Below are positions 1-8,878 of a DNA stretch of 32,000 bases, in pieces; positions within the stretch are counted from its first letter, which is position 1, and each line of letters opens with the position of its first letter. Origin of the DNA: Azovibrio restrictus DSM 23866 (GTDB lineage: Bacteria; Pseudomonadota; Gammaproteobacteria; Burkholderiales; Rhodocyclaceae); contig NZ_AUCH01000009.1 in NCBI RefSeq assembly GCF_000429665.1, forward strand, positions 157,031 through 189,030. The letters run 5' to 3'. The notes beneath the pieces are model-generated. The model was not told the DNA's origin. It did no database searches and saw only the letters and a program-made list of their open reading frames with translations. The position numbers were made by a program, and so were the translations under genes.

Positions 1-1
1 C

Positions 2-1501
2 AGCCGGGGCCTGTGCACCGGCTTTCTCATCACCACCCTGGTGCAGTCCTCCACGGCCGTCACCATCGCCACCATCGGCTTCGTCAACTCGGGCCTGCTC
101 ACCCTGCGCAATTCCCTCTGGGTGATCTTCGGCTCCAACCTGGGCTCCACCATGAATGCCTGGCTGGTGGCCGCCCTGGGCTTCAACTTCAAGATCGACG
201 CCTTCGCCCTGCCCTTCGTGGGCGTCGGGGCAGTGCTGATGCTGGTGGCCCGGGGCGCCCGCCCCAAGGCCCTGGGCCAGGCCCTGGCGGGCTTCGGCAT
301 CCTGTTCCTGGGCATCGACGTGCTGAAGGACGTGTTTTCCGGCCTGGGGGGGCATGCCTCCCTGGAGGAATTCACCCGGCCCGGCATGGCCGGCTATCTG
401 ATCCTGGTCGGCATAGGCACCGTGCTCACGGTGCTGATGCAGACCTCGGGGGCGGTGATTGCCCTGATCATCACCGCCGCCCAGGGAGGACTGATGAGCA
501 TCGAGGCGGCCTGCGCCATGGTCATCGGCACCAACATCGGCACCACTTCCACGGCCATCCTCGCCGCCCTGGGCGCCACCGCCAACGCCAAGCGGGTGGC
601 CGCCTCCCACGTGGTATTCAATGTCATCACCGGCCTGGCGGCCCTGGCCCTGCTGCCCCTGTTGATCAATTTCCTCGAGGAAATCCAGGAGTTCCTGGCC
701 CAGCCGGCCTCCCCGGCAGTGATGGTGGCCATGTTCCATTCCACCTTCAACCTGCTCGGGGTGGCCCTGATGGTGCCCCTGGACCCCTGGCTCATCCGCA
801 GCCTGAGCCAGCGCTTTCGCAGCCGCCAGGAGGAAGCCGCTCAACCCCGTTACCTGGATCACAACGTGGTCAGCGTCCCCGACCTGGCCCTGCGTGCCCT
901 GCGCCTGGAACTGGCCCACACCCAGGCCCTGGCCTGCGAGGGCCTGCGCCTGGCTGCGGCACCGGTTCCCGACGAGGCCCGCATCGCCCGCCGCCGGGAC
1001 ACCCTGGAAACCCTGGCCCTGGCCATCAGCGACTACATCCGCCGGATCAGCGCCGCCGCCCTGCCCGCCACCCTGGTGGAAGCCCTGGCCCGGGGCCTGC
1101 GGGTATTGCGCTACCAGCAGGCCACCAGCGACCTGAGCCAGCACGGCGCCGCCCTGCACGGCCATGCCACCGCCTGCGGCCTGGAACAGGTGCTGTTCCA
1201 GCAGGCCCTGGGCGCCCTGGCCGAAGCCTGCGACGGCAGCAAGCCCGAGTTCAGCCCGGCCGCCATGGAGCTGGCCCTGGAAAACACCGAGACGGCCTAC
1301 GCCACCTTGAAGGAAGCCCTGCTGGTGGCCGGCGCCGCCGGCCACCTGGACATCCGCGACATGGAAAACCGGCTGCGCCAGGGCAGCCTGTACCGGCGCG
1401 CCGCCGAACAACTGGTCAAGGCCCAGCGCCACCTGCTCTCCCTGGAAGCCCCGGACGCCCACCCCCTGCCGGACGACCGCCTGGAAGCCATCCCCGGCTG
1501 A
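2..1501 (+). CDS. Na/Pi cotransporter family protein with C-terminal PhoU-like region (5' end outside window)
   Basis: The frame is open from the window edge (SRGLCTGFLITTLVQSSTAVTIATIGFV...), so the GTG at 41 is not the true start. Two QSS/QTS repeat motifs (LVQSSTAVTIA and LMQTSGAVIALI) in a polytopic hydrophobic N-half are typical of NptA-type Na/Pi cotransporters. The C-half is helical. Confidence 0.8.
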   Translation, partial: SRGLCTGFLITTLVQSSTAVTIATIGFVNSGLLTLRNSLWVIFGSNLGSTMNAWLVAALGFNFKIDAFALPFVGVGAVLMLVARGARPKALGQALAGFGILFLGIDVLKDVFSGLGGHASLEEFTRPGMAGYLILVGIGTVLTVLMQTSGAVIALIITAAQGGLMSIEAACAMVIGTNIGTTSTAILAALGATANAKRVAASHVVFNVITGLAALALLPLLINFLEEIQEFLAQPASPAVMVAMFHSTFNLLGVALMVPLDPWLIRSLSQRFRSRQEEAAQPRYLDHNVVSVPDLALRALRLELAHTQALACEGLRLAAAPVPDEARIARRRDTLETLALAISDYIRRISAAALPATLVEALARGLRVLRYQQATSDLSQHGAALHGHATACGLEQVLFQQALGALAEACDGSKPEFSPAAMELALENTETAYATLKEALLVAGAAGHLDIRDMENRLRQGSLYRRAAEQLVKAQRHLLSLEAPDAHPLPDDRLEAIPG

Positions 1502-1510
1502 GCCCCGGAG

Positions 1511-4129
1511 CTACTCGCCGAGGAACACCACCTCAGTGCGGTTGCGCCCCGCCTCCTTGGCCCGGTACAGGGCCTGGTCGGCCCGGGCCAGGGCCATGCT
1601 GGCGCTGTCACCGGGGTGGGCCAGCAGGGTGATGCCGATGCTGGCGGTGATGTGTATCCCCCCCTTGCTGGTTTCCAGGGCCTTCTCCGCCAGCGTCTGG
1701 CGCAGACGCTCGGCCAGTTCCACGGCGCCCCCCACCCCGGTGCCCGGCAGCAGGGCCGCGAATTCCTCGCCCCCCACCCGGCCGGCCAGGTCGGTACGGC
1801 GCAGCAGGGACTGGAGCAGCAGCCCGAAACCCTGCAGCACCTCGTCCCCGACCCCGTGGCCATACTGGTCGTTCACCCGCTTGAAATGGTCCAGGTCCAG
1901 CATCAGCAAGGCCGTTTCCCCCTGTTCGTAACGGCTGATGCGGGCCATTTCCAGGTCCAGGCGCTCCAGGAAGATGCGCCGATTGGGCAGGCCGGTGAGG
2001 CTGTCCACGCTGGCCAGCCGCTGCAGCTCCCGCTCCTGGAGCTTCTGGGTGGTCACGTCCCAGAACACCCAGAGCCGTCCCAGCAGGCGCCCGTCCGCGG
2101 CGATGGGCTGGTAGTCCCGCTCCAGAACCCGTCCGTCGGCCAGCCCCAGTTCCCGGCCCAGCACCGGCTCCAGCCCTTCCCCCAGCTCCCGCAACTGCCA
2201 CTCGAAATGCTCCGGGTGGCTGAAACGGCTGCGCACCCGGGCGATGCAGTTGCTGAAATTCTCGCCCACCACCCCTTCCGGGTGCTCCTCCAGGCCGAAC
2301 AGGCGGCAGAAGGTGTGGTTCACCAGCACGATGCGGCGCTGGTCGTCCTCCACCAGCAGGCCCCCGGGGAAATGGTCGATGATGGCTTCCAGACGGGTGC
2401 GGGAGGCCTGCAGGGCTTCCCGCATCTGGTGCTGATGGGTGACGTCGAGCATGGTCCAGATCACGGCTTCGCCGCCGGGTTCCAGCCAGGTGCCGTATAC
2501 GGAAATCCAGCGCTGACTGCCGTCCTTGCGGCGCAGGGGATATTCCTCCTGAACCCAGCCTTCGCGCCGCAAACGGGCGTAGGCCGGACGAAACTGCTCG
2601 TAGCTCTGGGCATCCACGTGCAGGCGGCTGAAACTCTGGCCCAGCAGCTCTTCCGGCCGGTAGCCGAACATTTCCGCCCCCCGGGCGCTGACTTCCAGGA
2701 TGACCCGCTCCGGGGAAGCCACGAACACCCCGGCGGCAATATGGTCCAGCAACGCCGTCCGGTGCCGGGCCGCGGCGACCACGGCCTCCTCGGCCGCCAC
2801 CCGGGCGCTGATGTCGGTCTGGGTCCCCACCACCCGCAGGGGCTCCGGCCCCGCAAACGCCACGGTCTTGCCCCGGGACTCCACCCATAGCCAGCTGCCG
2901 TTCGCCCGGCGCTGCCGGTAGGCCACCGAGAACCCCCGTTCGGAACCCAGGCTGTCCCGGACCTGCTGCCAGACCCGGTCCCTATCCTCGGGATGCAGCA
3001 TCTCCAGCCATTTATCCTGGCTCACCGGGAAGGCCTGGTCCCCGTGGCCCAGCATCTCGAACCAGTGGGCATCGCAATTGATGCGGCCGCTCGGCACATC
3101 CCAGTCCCAGAGGCCATCCCGCACGGCGGCGAAGGTCAGGCGGTAACGGGCCTCGCTGGCAGCCAGGGCCGCCGCAGCCTGGGCCTGCAGCCCCAGGGCC
3201 CGTTTCTCACGCAGGAACAGCAGCGTGGTGGGCAGCAGCACGAACAGCAGGCCCGCCCCCAGGAACAGGGTCAGTTTGCGCACCTCCCGCTCCCACTCGC
3301 CCAGAACCTTGCCCCGCTCCAGGTGTATGGAGAGCAACAGGGGAAAAGCCCGCACGCTGCGCCAGGCGGACAGGGCCGGCACCCCGTCATGGCGGGCCCC
3401 CTCCAGGGTTCCCGCGCCGGTTTCGGCAAAGTCCGCCAGCCCCAGGTCCCGGGGGTGAGGCTGGCCAGGCACCTGGCTCTCCTGGCTCGAAAAGAGCAGC
3501 CGGCCATCGGCCAGGAGCACATCCACGCTGCCCTCTTCCGGGGTCAGGTGGGCTTCGATGTGATTCAGGAAATACCCCGGGTTGAGCGCTGCCACCAGGT
3601 AGGTGGAGGCGCTCACCGGCAGCGCCACGGGCAGCAGCCCCGAACCGCGCAGCGGCTCGTGGTCATGGAAATCCCGGCCTTCCAGGGGCGGCCCGAAACG
3701 CAGGGTGTCAGCGCCCCCCTCGCCGGGGTAAAAGCCCTCCAAGGAGAGTTTCTGCCCCAGGTTGCGGGAATCGCTGCTGGCGATGACTTCGCCATCCACC
3801 CCCACCAGGGACAGGGAGCGTAAGAATGGGGCATTGCGCAGGGCCCCCTGCAGGTGCTCCCCCAGATGTGCCTGGCCCTCGCCCCGGCGGGGCACCTGGT
3901 CGCGCAGGGTTTCCAGCATCAGCTGCACCGTCGTCAGGGTCTGGGCCAGACGATCCTCGAACAAACGGGCATGGGCAGCCGCCTGCTGCAGGCGCCCCTG
4001 GATGATTTCCCGCTGGATGCGCTGGGTGGTGTAGGTCAGCACCCCCAGCACCACGGCCAGCAGGAACAGGACGAACAGGATGTAGGCCCGGTCAGGGCTC
4101 AGGCGGGGCAAGGGAAGACGCCGCAGCAT
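1511..4129 (-). CDS. membrane sensor diguanylate cyclase (TM, ~260-aa periplasmic domain, TM, 3x PAS-like, GGDEF)
   Basis: 872-aa ORF. It has an N-terminal TM (AYILFVLFLLAVVLGVL), a second TM (LTLFLGAGLLFVLLPTTLLFL) and repeated PAS-like segments. The C-terminal GGDEF domain carries an intact RVGGEEFAALL signature and LDLDHFKRVND. Confidence 0.9.
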   Translation of the reverse strand: MLRRLPLPRLSPDRAYILFVLFLLAVVLGVLTYTTQRIQREIIQGRLQQAAAHARLFEDRLAQTLTTVQLMLETLRDQVPRRGEGQAHLGEHLQGALRNAPFLRSLSLVGVDGEVIASSDSRNLGQKLSLEGFYPGEGGADTLRFGPPLEGRDFHDHEPLRGSGLLPVALPVSASTYLVAALNPGYFLNHIEAHLTPEEGSVDVLLADGRLLFSSQESQVPGQPHPRDLGLADFAETGAGTLEGARHDGVPALSAWRSVRAFPLLLSIHLERGKVLGEWEREVRKLTLFLGAGLLFVLLPTTLLFLREKRALGLQAQAAAALAASEARYRLTFAAVRDGLWDWDVPSGRINCDAHWFEMLGHGDQAFPVSQDKWLEMLHPEDRDRVWQQVRDSLGSERGFSVAYRQRRANGSWLWVESRGKTVAFAGPEPLRVVGTQTDISARVAAEEAVVAAARHRTALLDHIAAGVFVASPERVILEVSARGAEMFGYRPEELLGQSFSRLHVDAQSYEQFRPAYARLRREGWVQEEYPLRRKDGSQRWISVYGTWLEPGGEAVIWTMLDVTHQHQMREALQASRTRLEAIIDHFPGGLLVEDDQRRIVLVNHTFCRLFGLEEHPEGVVGENFSNCIARVRSRFSHPEHFEWQLRELGEGLEPVLGRELGLADGRVLERDYQPIAADGRLLGRLWVFWDVTTQKLQERELQRLASVDSLTGLPNRRIFLERLDLEMARISRYEQGETALLMLDLDHFKRVNDQYGHGVGDEVLQGFGLLLQSLLRRTDLAGRVGGEEFAALLPGTGVGGAVELAERLRQTLAEKALETSKGGIHITASIGITLLAHPGDSASMALARADQALYRAKEAGRNRTEVVFLGE

Positions 4130-4132
4130 GGG

Positions 4133-4912
4133 CTAGTCCCGGACCAGGATGGCATCGAGCTGGTAGCGCCGGGCTGCCGCCTCCAGCCGGCCATCCCGCT
4201 TGATGGAGGTCACGAAGGCATCCAGCCGCAGCCGCCAGGGCTCGTCCCCCTGGGCCACGGCCCAGGCGTAGGAGGTCAGGTGATAGGGAGCCGGGGGCGC
4301 CACCAGCCGGGCCCAGTCCGTGAGCCCCAGCATGCGGCGGCTGAAGGGGTAATCGGTCATGAACACATCGGCCCGGCCGGATTCCACCTCCTGCTCCCGC
4401 CCGGCCGGGGTATCGGTCACCAGCAGGGTGGCCTGGCGCAGGCGCTCCCGCATCACCAGCTCATGCAGGGTGCCCCGGGCCACGGCCACCACCACCCCGG
4501 GCTGGTCGATGTCGCTCCAGTGACGGATGCGCCGGTTGCTGCGGGTGGTGATGGCGTAGATGTCGCTTTTCAGATAGGGCTGGGTGAAGGCCAGGCGCTC
4601 GGCCCGCTGGGGCAGGATGCCGATGGCGAACATGGCCACATCGCAGCGGTCCTGGTTCAGGTCATCCACCAGCCGGGCAAAGGAACTGTCCACAAAGCGG
4701 GGCTTTGCCCCCAGTTCCCGAGCCAGCTCCCGGGCCAGGTCCACATCCAGGCCGGAAAGGAGCTGGGTGCGGGGGTCGCGCCAGGAAATGCCGAAATAAT
4801 CGGGCCAGATGCAGATGCGCAGCTCACCGCTCCGCCCCACCCGTTCCAGATGTCCCGCAGCCAGCAGGGGAGTGCTCAGGAAGAGGGCAAAAAGAATCAA
4901 CAGCTTGCGCAT
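4133..4912 (-). CDS. periplasmic solute-binding protein (family 3, amino-acid-ABC-type SBP fold)
   Basis: 259 aa with a signal peptide (MRKLLILFALFLSTPLLAA). Conserved SBP_bac_3-like blocks are present (LRICIWPDYFGISW, CDVAMFAIG, FTQPYL). The stop lies 3 nt before the ATG of the downstream diguanylate cyclase. No ABC permease or ATPase gene is adjacent. Confidence 0.8.
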   Translation of the reverse strand: MRKLLILFALFLSTPLLAAGHLERVGRSGELRICIWPDYFGISWRDPRTQLLSGLDVDLARELARELGAKPRFVDSSFARLVDDLNQDRCDVAMFAIGILPQRAERLAFTQPYLKSDIYAITTRSNRRIRHWSDIDQPGVVVAVARGTLHELVMRERLRQATLLVTDTPAGREQEVESGRADVFMTDYPFSRRMLGLTDWARLVAPPAPYHLTSYAWAVAQGDEPWRLRLDAFVTSIKRDGRLEAAARRYQLDAILVRD

Positions 4913-4965
4913 ACAGGAAATCCCGGCAGGGCCCCCATGACTTTAGTCGTAAAACTTGATTGTAC

Positions 4966-7929
4966 TCAATGCTGCCAGGGAAGCGCGGCCCCGTCACCCA
5001 GGCCTTGCAGCAGCTGTTCCAGCGCTTCGGCCGGCAGGGGGCGGCTGAACAGGTAGCCCTGCAACTGGTCGCAGCCCAGGCGGGTGAGATAGCGCTGCTG
5101 GGTCTGGGTCTCCACCCCCTCCGCCACCACCGACAGGCCCAGGGCATGGGCCAGGGCGATGGTGGCCGAACAGATCACCGCGTCGTCCTCCCCCTGCTCG
5201 ATGTCCTTCACGAAGGAACGGTCCAGTTTCAGGGTGTCGATGGGCAGCAGCTTCAGGTAGGCCAAGGAGGAATAGCCGGTGCCAAAATCGTCGATGGCCA
5301 CCGGAACTCCCATGGCCTTGATTTCCTTCAGGACATTGATGGTGGCCATGGGATTGTCCATGGCCACACTCTCGGTGATTTCCAGCTCCAGGTCCCCGGG
5401 CCCCAGGCCATGGGCCGCCAGCAGCGCCCGGACCCGCTCCACGAAACCGGGCTCCAGAAGCTGCAGGGAAGACAGGTTCACCGCCACCCGGAAGGCCGGC
5501 AGGCCCGCGCTGTACCAGGCCCGCCGCTGCCGGCAGGCTTCCTCCAGCACCCAGGCGCCGAGGGGCAGGATCAAGCCGGTTTCCTCGGCAATGGGGATGA
5601 AACGGTCCGGCGGCACCAGGCCCCGCTCCGGGTCCAGCCAGCGCACCAGGGCCTCCACCCCCACCAGCCGGCCGCTTTCCGCGTCGATCTGGGGCTGGTA
5701 ATGGAGCAGGAACTGTCCCTGCTCCAGGGCCTTGGGCAGGTTGTTTTCCAGGATCAGCCGTTCGCTGGCAGCGGCATTCAGGGCCGGCTCGTAGCACTGG
5801 ATGTTGTTCCGCCCCCGGGACTTGGCGTGGTACATGGCCACGTCGGCATTACGCATCAGGGCGCCGCCATCCTCCCCATCCCGGGGAAAAAGGCTGATCC
5901 CCAGGCTGGGGGTGGTGTGCAGCACCCGGCCGTCGAGCTCGTAGGGCTGACGCAGGGCTTCCAGGACCTTCGCCGCCACCGCCTCCACCGGCTCCGGCGA
6001 CTGGACTCCGGTCACCACCACCACGAACTCGTCCCCCCCCAGGCGGGCCACCACGTCGCTGCTGCGCACGCAGGCCAGGAGCCGCTCGGCCAGCTGGATC
6101 AGGAGGGCATCGCCGGTGTGGTGCCCCAGGGTGTCATTGATCAGCTTGAAGCGGTCCAGGTCCACGAAGATCACCCCGAGCATTTCCTGGCGCCGCCGGG
6201 CACCCAGCAGGGCCTGCTCCAAGCGCTCCTGCAGGCTGAGCCGGTTGGGCAGCCCGGTCAGGGCATCGTGCAGGGCCAGATAGCGGATGCGGTTTTCCGC
6301 CTCCTTGTGCTCGCTGATGTCGGTGAAACTGGCAATGTGATGGGTGATCTGCCCAGCCGCGTCACGCAGCACGGAAATGGACAGGAGCTTGGGATAGACC
6401 GCCCCATCCTTGCGCCGGTCCCACACCTCGCCCTGCCAGTGCCCCCGCTCCCGGATGCCGGCCCACATGCGCTGGTAATCCTCGGCCGGTGTGGCCCCCG
6501 CCGACAGCAGCCGGGGGTTGCGCCCCCGCACTTCCTCGAAGGAATAACCAGTGAGGGCCGTGAAGGCCTGATTCACCATGACGATGCGGTTCTCGTGATC
6601 GCTCACCAGGATGGCTTCGCCGGCATGGCGGAAGACCTCGCCCATCAGGTGCAGACGGGCCTGGTCCGCCTTGCGGGCGGAAATATCATGGACCACGCCG
6701 ATCAGATGCAGGGGCCGCCCCTTCTCGTCCCGCAGGCACCCCACGGACAGCTCCACCCAGACCTCCCGCCCATCCCGGGTCAGGTAGCGTTTTTCCATCT
6801 GGTAGCTGTCCTGGTCGCCCCGGGCAATGGCTTCCAGATAGCGGACCTCCGTCGCCACATCATCCCCGTGGGAGAACTCGGCGATGGACAGGCCCACCAT
6901 CTGGGCCGGGCTATAGCCCAGCAGGCGGGCATAGGCATCGTTGACCTCCAGCAGGCGCCCCTGGAAATCCGCCAGGGCGATGCCGGCGCTGGCCGTCTCG
7001 AAGATGCTGCGCTGCCTGGCCTCGCTGCGGGCCAGGGAGGCCAGGGCGGTCAACCGTTCCGCCGAAATGGCGGAAATCAGCAGGCAGGTCACGGCCAAGC
7101 TCAGGGCCAGCAAGCCCACGGTGAGCAAGGGGCGGGCATTACCCGCATGCACGAAGGGTCCCAGCTCATCCAGGGTACCCCAGGCAGCAACCCCCATCGT
7201 CAGGGGCAACAACAGGGCCACGGCCCGGGGCGGAAAACGCAGCGCCACCCAGGCCAGAGGCAGGATCAGCAGGAAATGCAGACCTGCCACCCGCTGCACC
7301 GGCGCATGGATGCCGAAGAACACCGCCAGGCAGAGCAGCAGGGCCAGGCCGGCCACCAGCAGCAGCTCCCCCCGGCGCCGGGGGGGCAACAGACGCCGGT
7401 CCTGCCACACGGAAAGGAACAGGGGAGCCAGCAGCAGCACGGCCGTGGCATGGGCCACCCAGCAGCGGATCCACAGCTCCCCCAGCTCATCCGGCTGCGC
7501 CAGCCCCCAGGCCAGCAGGCTCCAGCTGCCCCACAGACCGATCAGCGCCGGCGCCAGCAGGGCCCCGAAACCGATGAAGCAGACCACATCCCCGAGCCGG
7601 CACAGGGGCACGGGGGTGCCACAGCGGCGGCGGATTTCCCCGGCCGCCCAGAATGGCACCAGCGCACTGGCCAAAGACAGGGTCAAAGCTGGCAGCAAGG
7701 GCTGGCCCAGCACCAGTCCATGGGCAAGCAGCACCCCCAGGGCAACGCCCGGCAGGCAGCGCCAGCCGCCCAGCAGGGCGGCGGCCAGGGCCAAGGCCGC
7801 CCCCGGCCAGAAGGGCAAGGGCAGGAGACCATGACCATGGGTGAGCAGGACTACCCCTTGGGTCAGCCCCCAATAGCCCAGGGCCAGGGCCCCGTTCGCC
7901 AGCACCATGGTCGCGCCCCGTATCGCCAA
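4966..7929 (-). CDS. polytopic-membrane (MASE1-like) PAS-PAS-GGDEF-EAL c-di-GMP signalling protein
   Basis: 987 aa. The first ~300 aa form a multi-TM N-terminus, followed by two PAS-like segments. Signatures seen: GGDEF (ARLGGDEFVVVV), EAL (VGVEALVRW, ELEITES, DDFGTGYSSLAYL, EGVET). Confidence 0.9.
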   Translation of the reverse strand: MAIRGATMVLANGALALGYWGLTQGVVLLTHGHGLLPLPFWPGAALALAAALLGGWRCLPGVALGVLLAHGLVLGQPLLPALTLSLASALVPFWAAGEIRRRCGTPVPLCRLGDVVCFIGFGALLAPALIGLWGSWSLLAWGLAQPDELGELWIRCWVAHATAVLLLAPLFLSVWQDRRLLPPRRRGELLLVAGLALLLCLAVFFGIHAPVQRVAGLHFLLILPLAWVALRFPPRAVALLLPLTMGVAAWGTLDELGPFVHAGNARPLLTVGLLALSLAVTCLLISAISAERLTALASLARSEARQRSIFETASAGIALADFQGRLLEVNDAYARLLGYSPAQMVGLSIAEFSHGDDVATEVRYLEAIARGDQDSYQMEKRYLTRDGREVWVELSVGCLRDEKGRPLHLIGVVHDISARKADQARLHLMGEVFRHAGEAILVSDHENRIVMVNQAFTALTGYSFEEVRGRNPRLLSAGATPAEDYQRMWAGIRERGHWQGEVWDRRKDGAVYPKLLSISVLRDAAGQITHHIASFTDISEHKEAENRIRYLALHDALTGLPNRLSLQERLEQALLGARRRQEMLGVIFVDLDRFKLINDTLGHHTGDALLIQLAERLLACVRSSDVVARLGGDEFVVVVTGVQSPEPVEAVAAKVLEALRQPYELDGRVLHTTPSLGISLFPRDGEDGGALMRNADVAMYHAKSRGRNNIQCYEPALNAAASERLILENNLPKALEQGQFLLHYQPQIDAESGRLVGVEALVRWLDPERGLVPPDRFIPIAEETGLILPLGAWVLEEACRQRRAWYSAGLPAFRVAVNLSSLQLLEPGFVERVRALLAAHGLGPGDLELEITESVAMDNPMATINVLKEIKAMGVPVAIDDFGTGYSSLAYLKLLPIDTLKLDRSFVKDIEQGEDDAVICSATIALAHALGLSVVAEGVETQTQQRYLTRLGCDQLQGYLFSRPLPAEALEQLLQGLGDGAALPWQH

Positions 7930-8020
7930 ACCGATGCCTCCTACTTAAGGGATAATCGAATCATTGCCGGATTCTACTGTCTTTGAGTAACAATAACGGT
8001 TTTCGTCCCGGGAGTAGCCC

Positions 8021-8629
8021 ATGTCCGGTCAGCTGTTCATCGTCGCCGCCGCCTCCGGCGCCGGCAAAACCACCCTGGTGCGCCAGTTGCTGGCCCGGGA
8101 GCCGGACATCCGCCTGTCCATCTCCTACACCACCCGCGCCCCCCGACCCGGGGAGGAAAACGGACGGGAATACCATTTCGTCTCCGAGCCCCAGTTCCAG
8201 GCCATGATCGCCGCCGACGATTTTCTCGAATGGGCCCAGGTGCACGGCAACTACTACGGCACCTCGAAACGCTGGATCGTCACCGAACGGGCTGCAGGCC
8301 GGGACGTGCTGCTGGAAATCGACTGGCAGGGGGCCCAGCAGGTGCGCCGGGTGTTCCCGGACGCCATCGGCGTGTTCATCCTGCCCCCCTCCATGGAGGA
8401 ACTCACCCGGCGCCTCACCGGCCGGGGCACCGATAGCGCCGAGGTGATCGCCCGGCGTCTGGCCGCGGCCAGAGAGGAGATGAGCCATGTGGGGGAGTTC
8501 GGCTATGTTATTATTAACGACGACCTGCAAACAGCGCTGTCGGATTTCGTTGCCGTCGTGCGGGCTACCCGTCTCCAGCTGGAAACCCAGCGCCTGCGCC
8601 ATCCCGAGCTGTTTGCCCGACTCACCTGA
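8021..8629 (+). CDS. gmk: guanylate kinase
   Basis: 202 aa with a P-loop ([11 protein letters not shown]) and YHFVS/YYGT blocks. It sits in the conserved position upstream of rpoZ-spoT. Confidence 0.95.
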   Translation: MSGQLFIVAAASGAGKTTLVRQLLAREPDIRLSISYTTRAPRPGEENGREYHFVSEPQFQAMIAADDFLEWAQVHGNYYGTSKRWIVTERAAGRDVLLEIDWQGAQQVRRVFPDAIGVFILPPSMEELTRRLTGRGTDSAEVIARRLAAAREEMSHVGEFGYVIINDDLQTALSDFVAVVRATRLQLETQRLRHPELFARLT

Positions 8630-8649
8630 TCCTTCCTGGAAGCAAGAAC

Positions 8650-8856
8650 ATGGCTCGCATCACCGTCGAAGACTGCCTGAAGCACATCCCCAACCGCTTT
8701 GAAATGACCCTGACCGCCGCCCACCGGGCCCGGCAGCTGGCCTCCGGCTCCACCCCCATGGTGGAAGACGAGAAGGACAAACCCACGGTCATGGCTCTGC
8801 GTGAGATCGCCGTGGGCAAGGTGGGCAAGGAAGTCCTCAACCGCGGCCAGGCCTGA
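8650..8856 (+). CDS. rpoZ: DNA-directed RNA polymerase subunit omega
   Basis: 68 aa with the canonical N-terminus [10 protein letters not shown]...[16 protein letters not shown]. Gene order is gmk-rpoZ-spoT. Confidence 0.95.
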   Translation: MARITVEDCLKHIPNRFEMTLTAAHRARQLASGSTPMVEDEKDKPTVMALREIAVGKVGKEVLNRGQA

Positions 8857-8878
8857 GTCTTGCGGCGAGCGGTGACCC

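Noticed and set aside
4960-7986. 1008-aa + strand ORF opposite the MASE1-GGDEF-EAL gene. The same applies to 13313..17158 (+, 1281 aa), 8837..10801 (-, 654 aa), 13..1632 (+), 1608..2888 (-), 1616..2890 (+), 2993..3823 (+), 3854..5056 (+), 11002..12126 (-), 17098..18087 (+), 21726..22988 (-), 24137..25522 (-), 24655..26109 (-) and 27884..28605 (-).
   Set aside because: These are antisense or off-frame shadow ORFs typical of high-G+C DNA. Their translations are low-complexity (Gly/Pro/Arg/Ala/His-rich) with no motifs. The overlapping frame on the other strand or phase carries clear domain signatures in each case.
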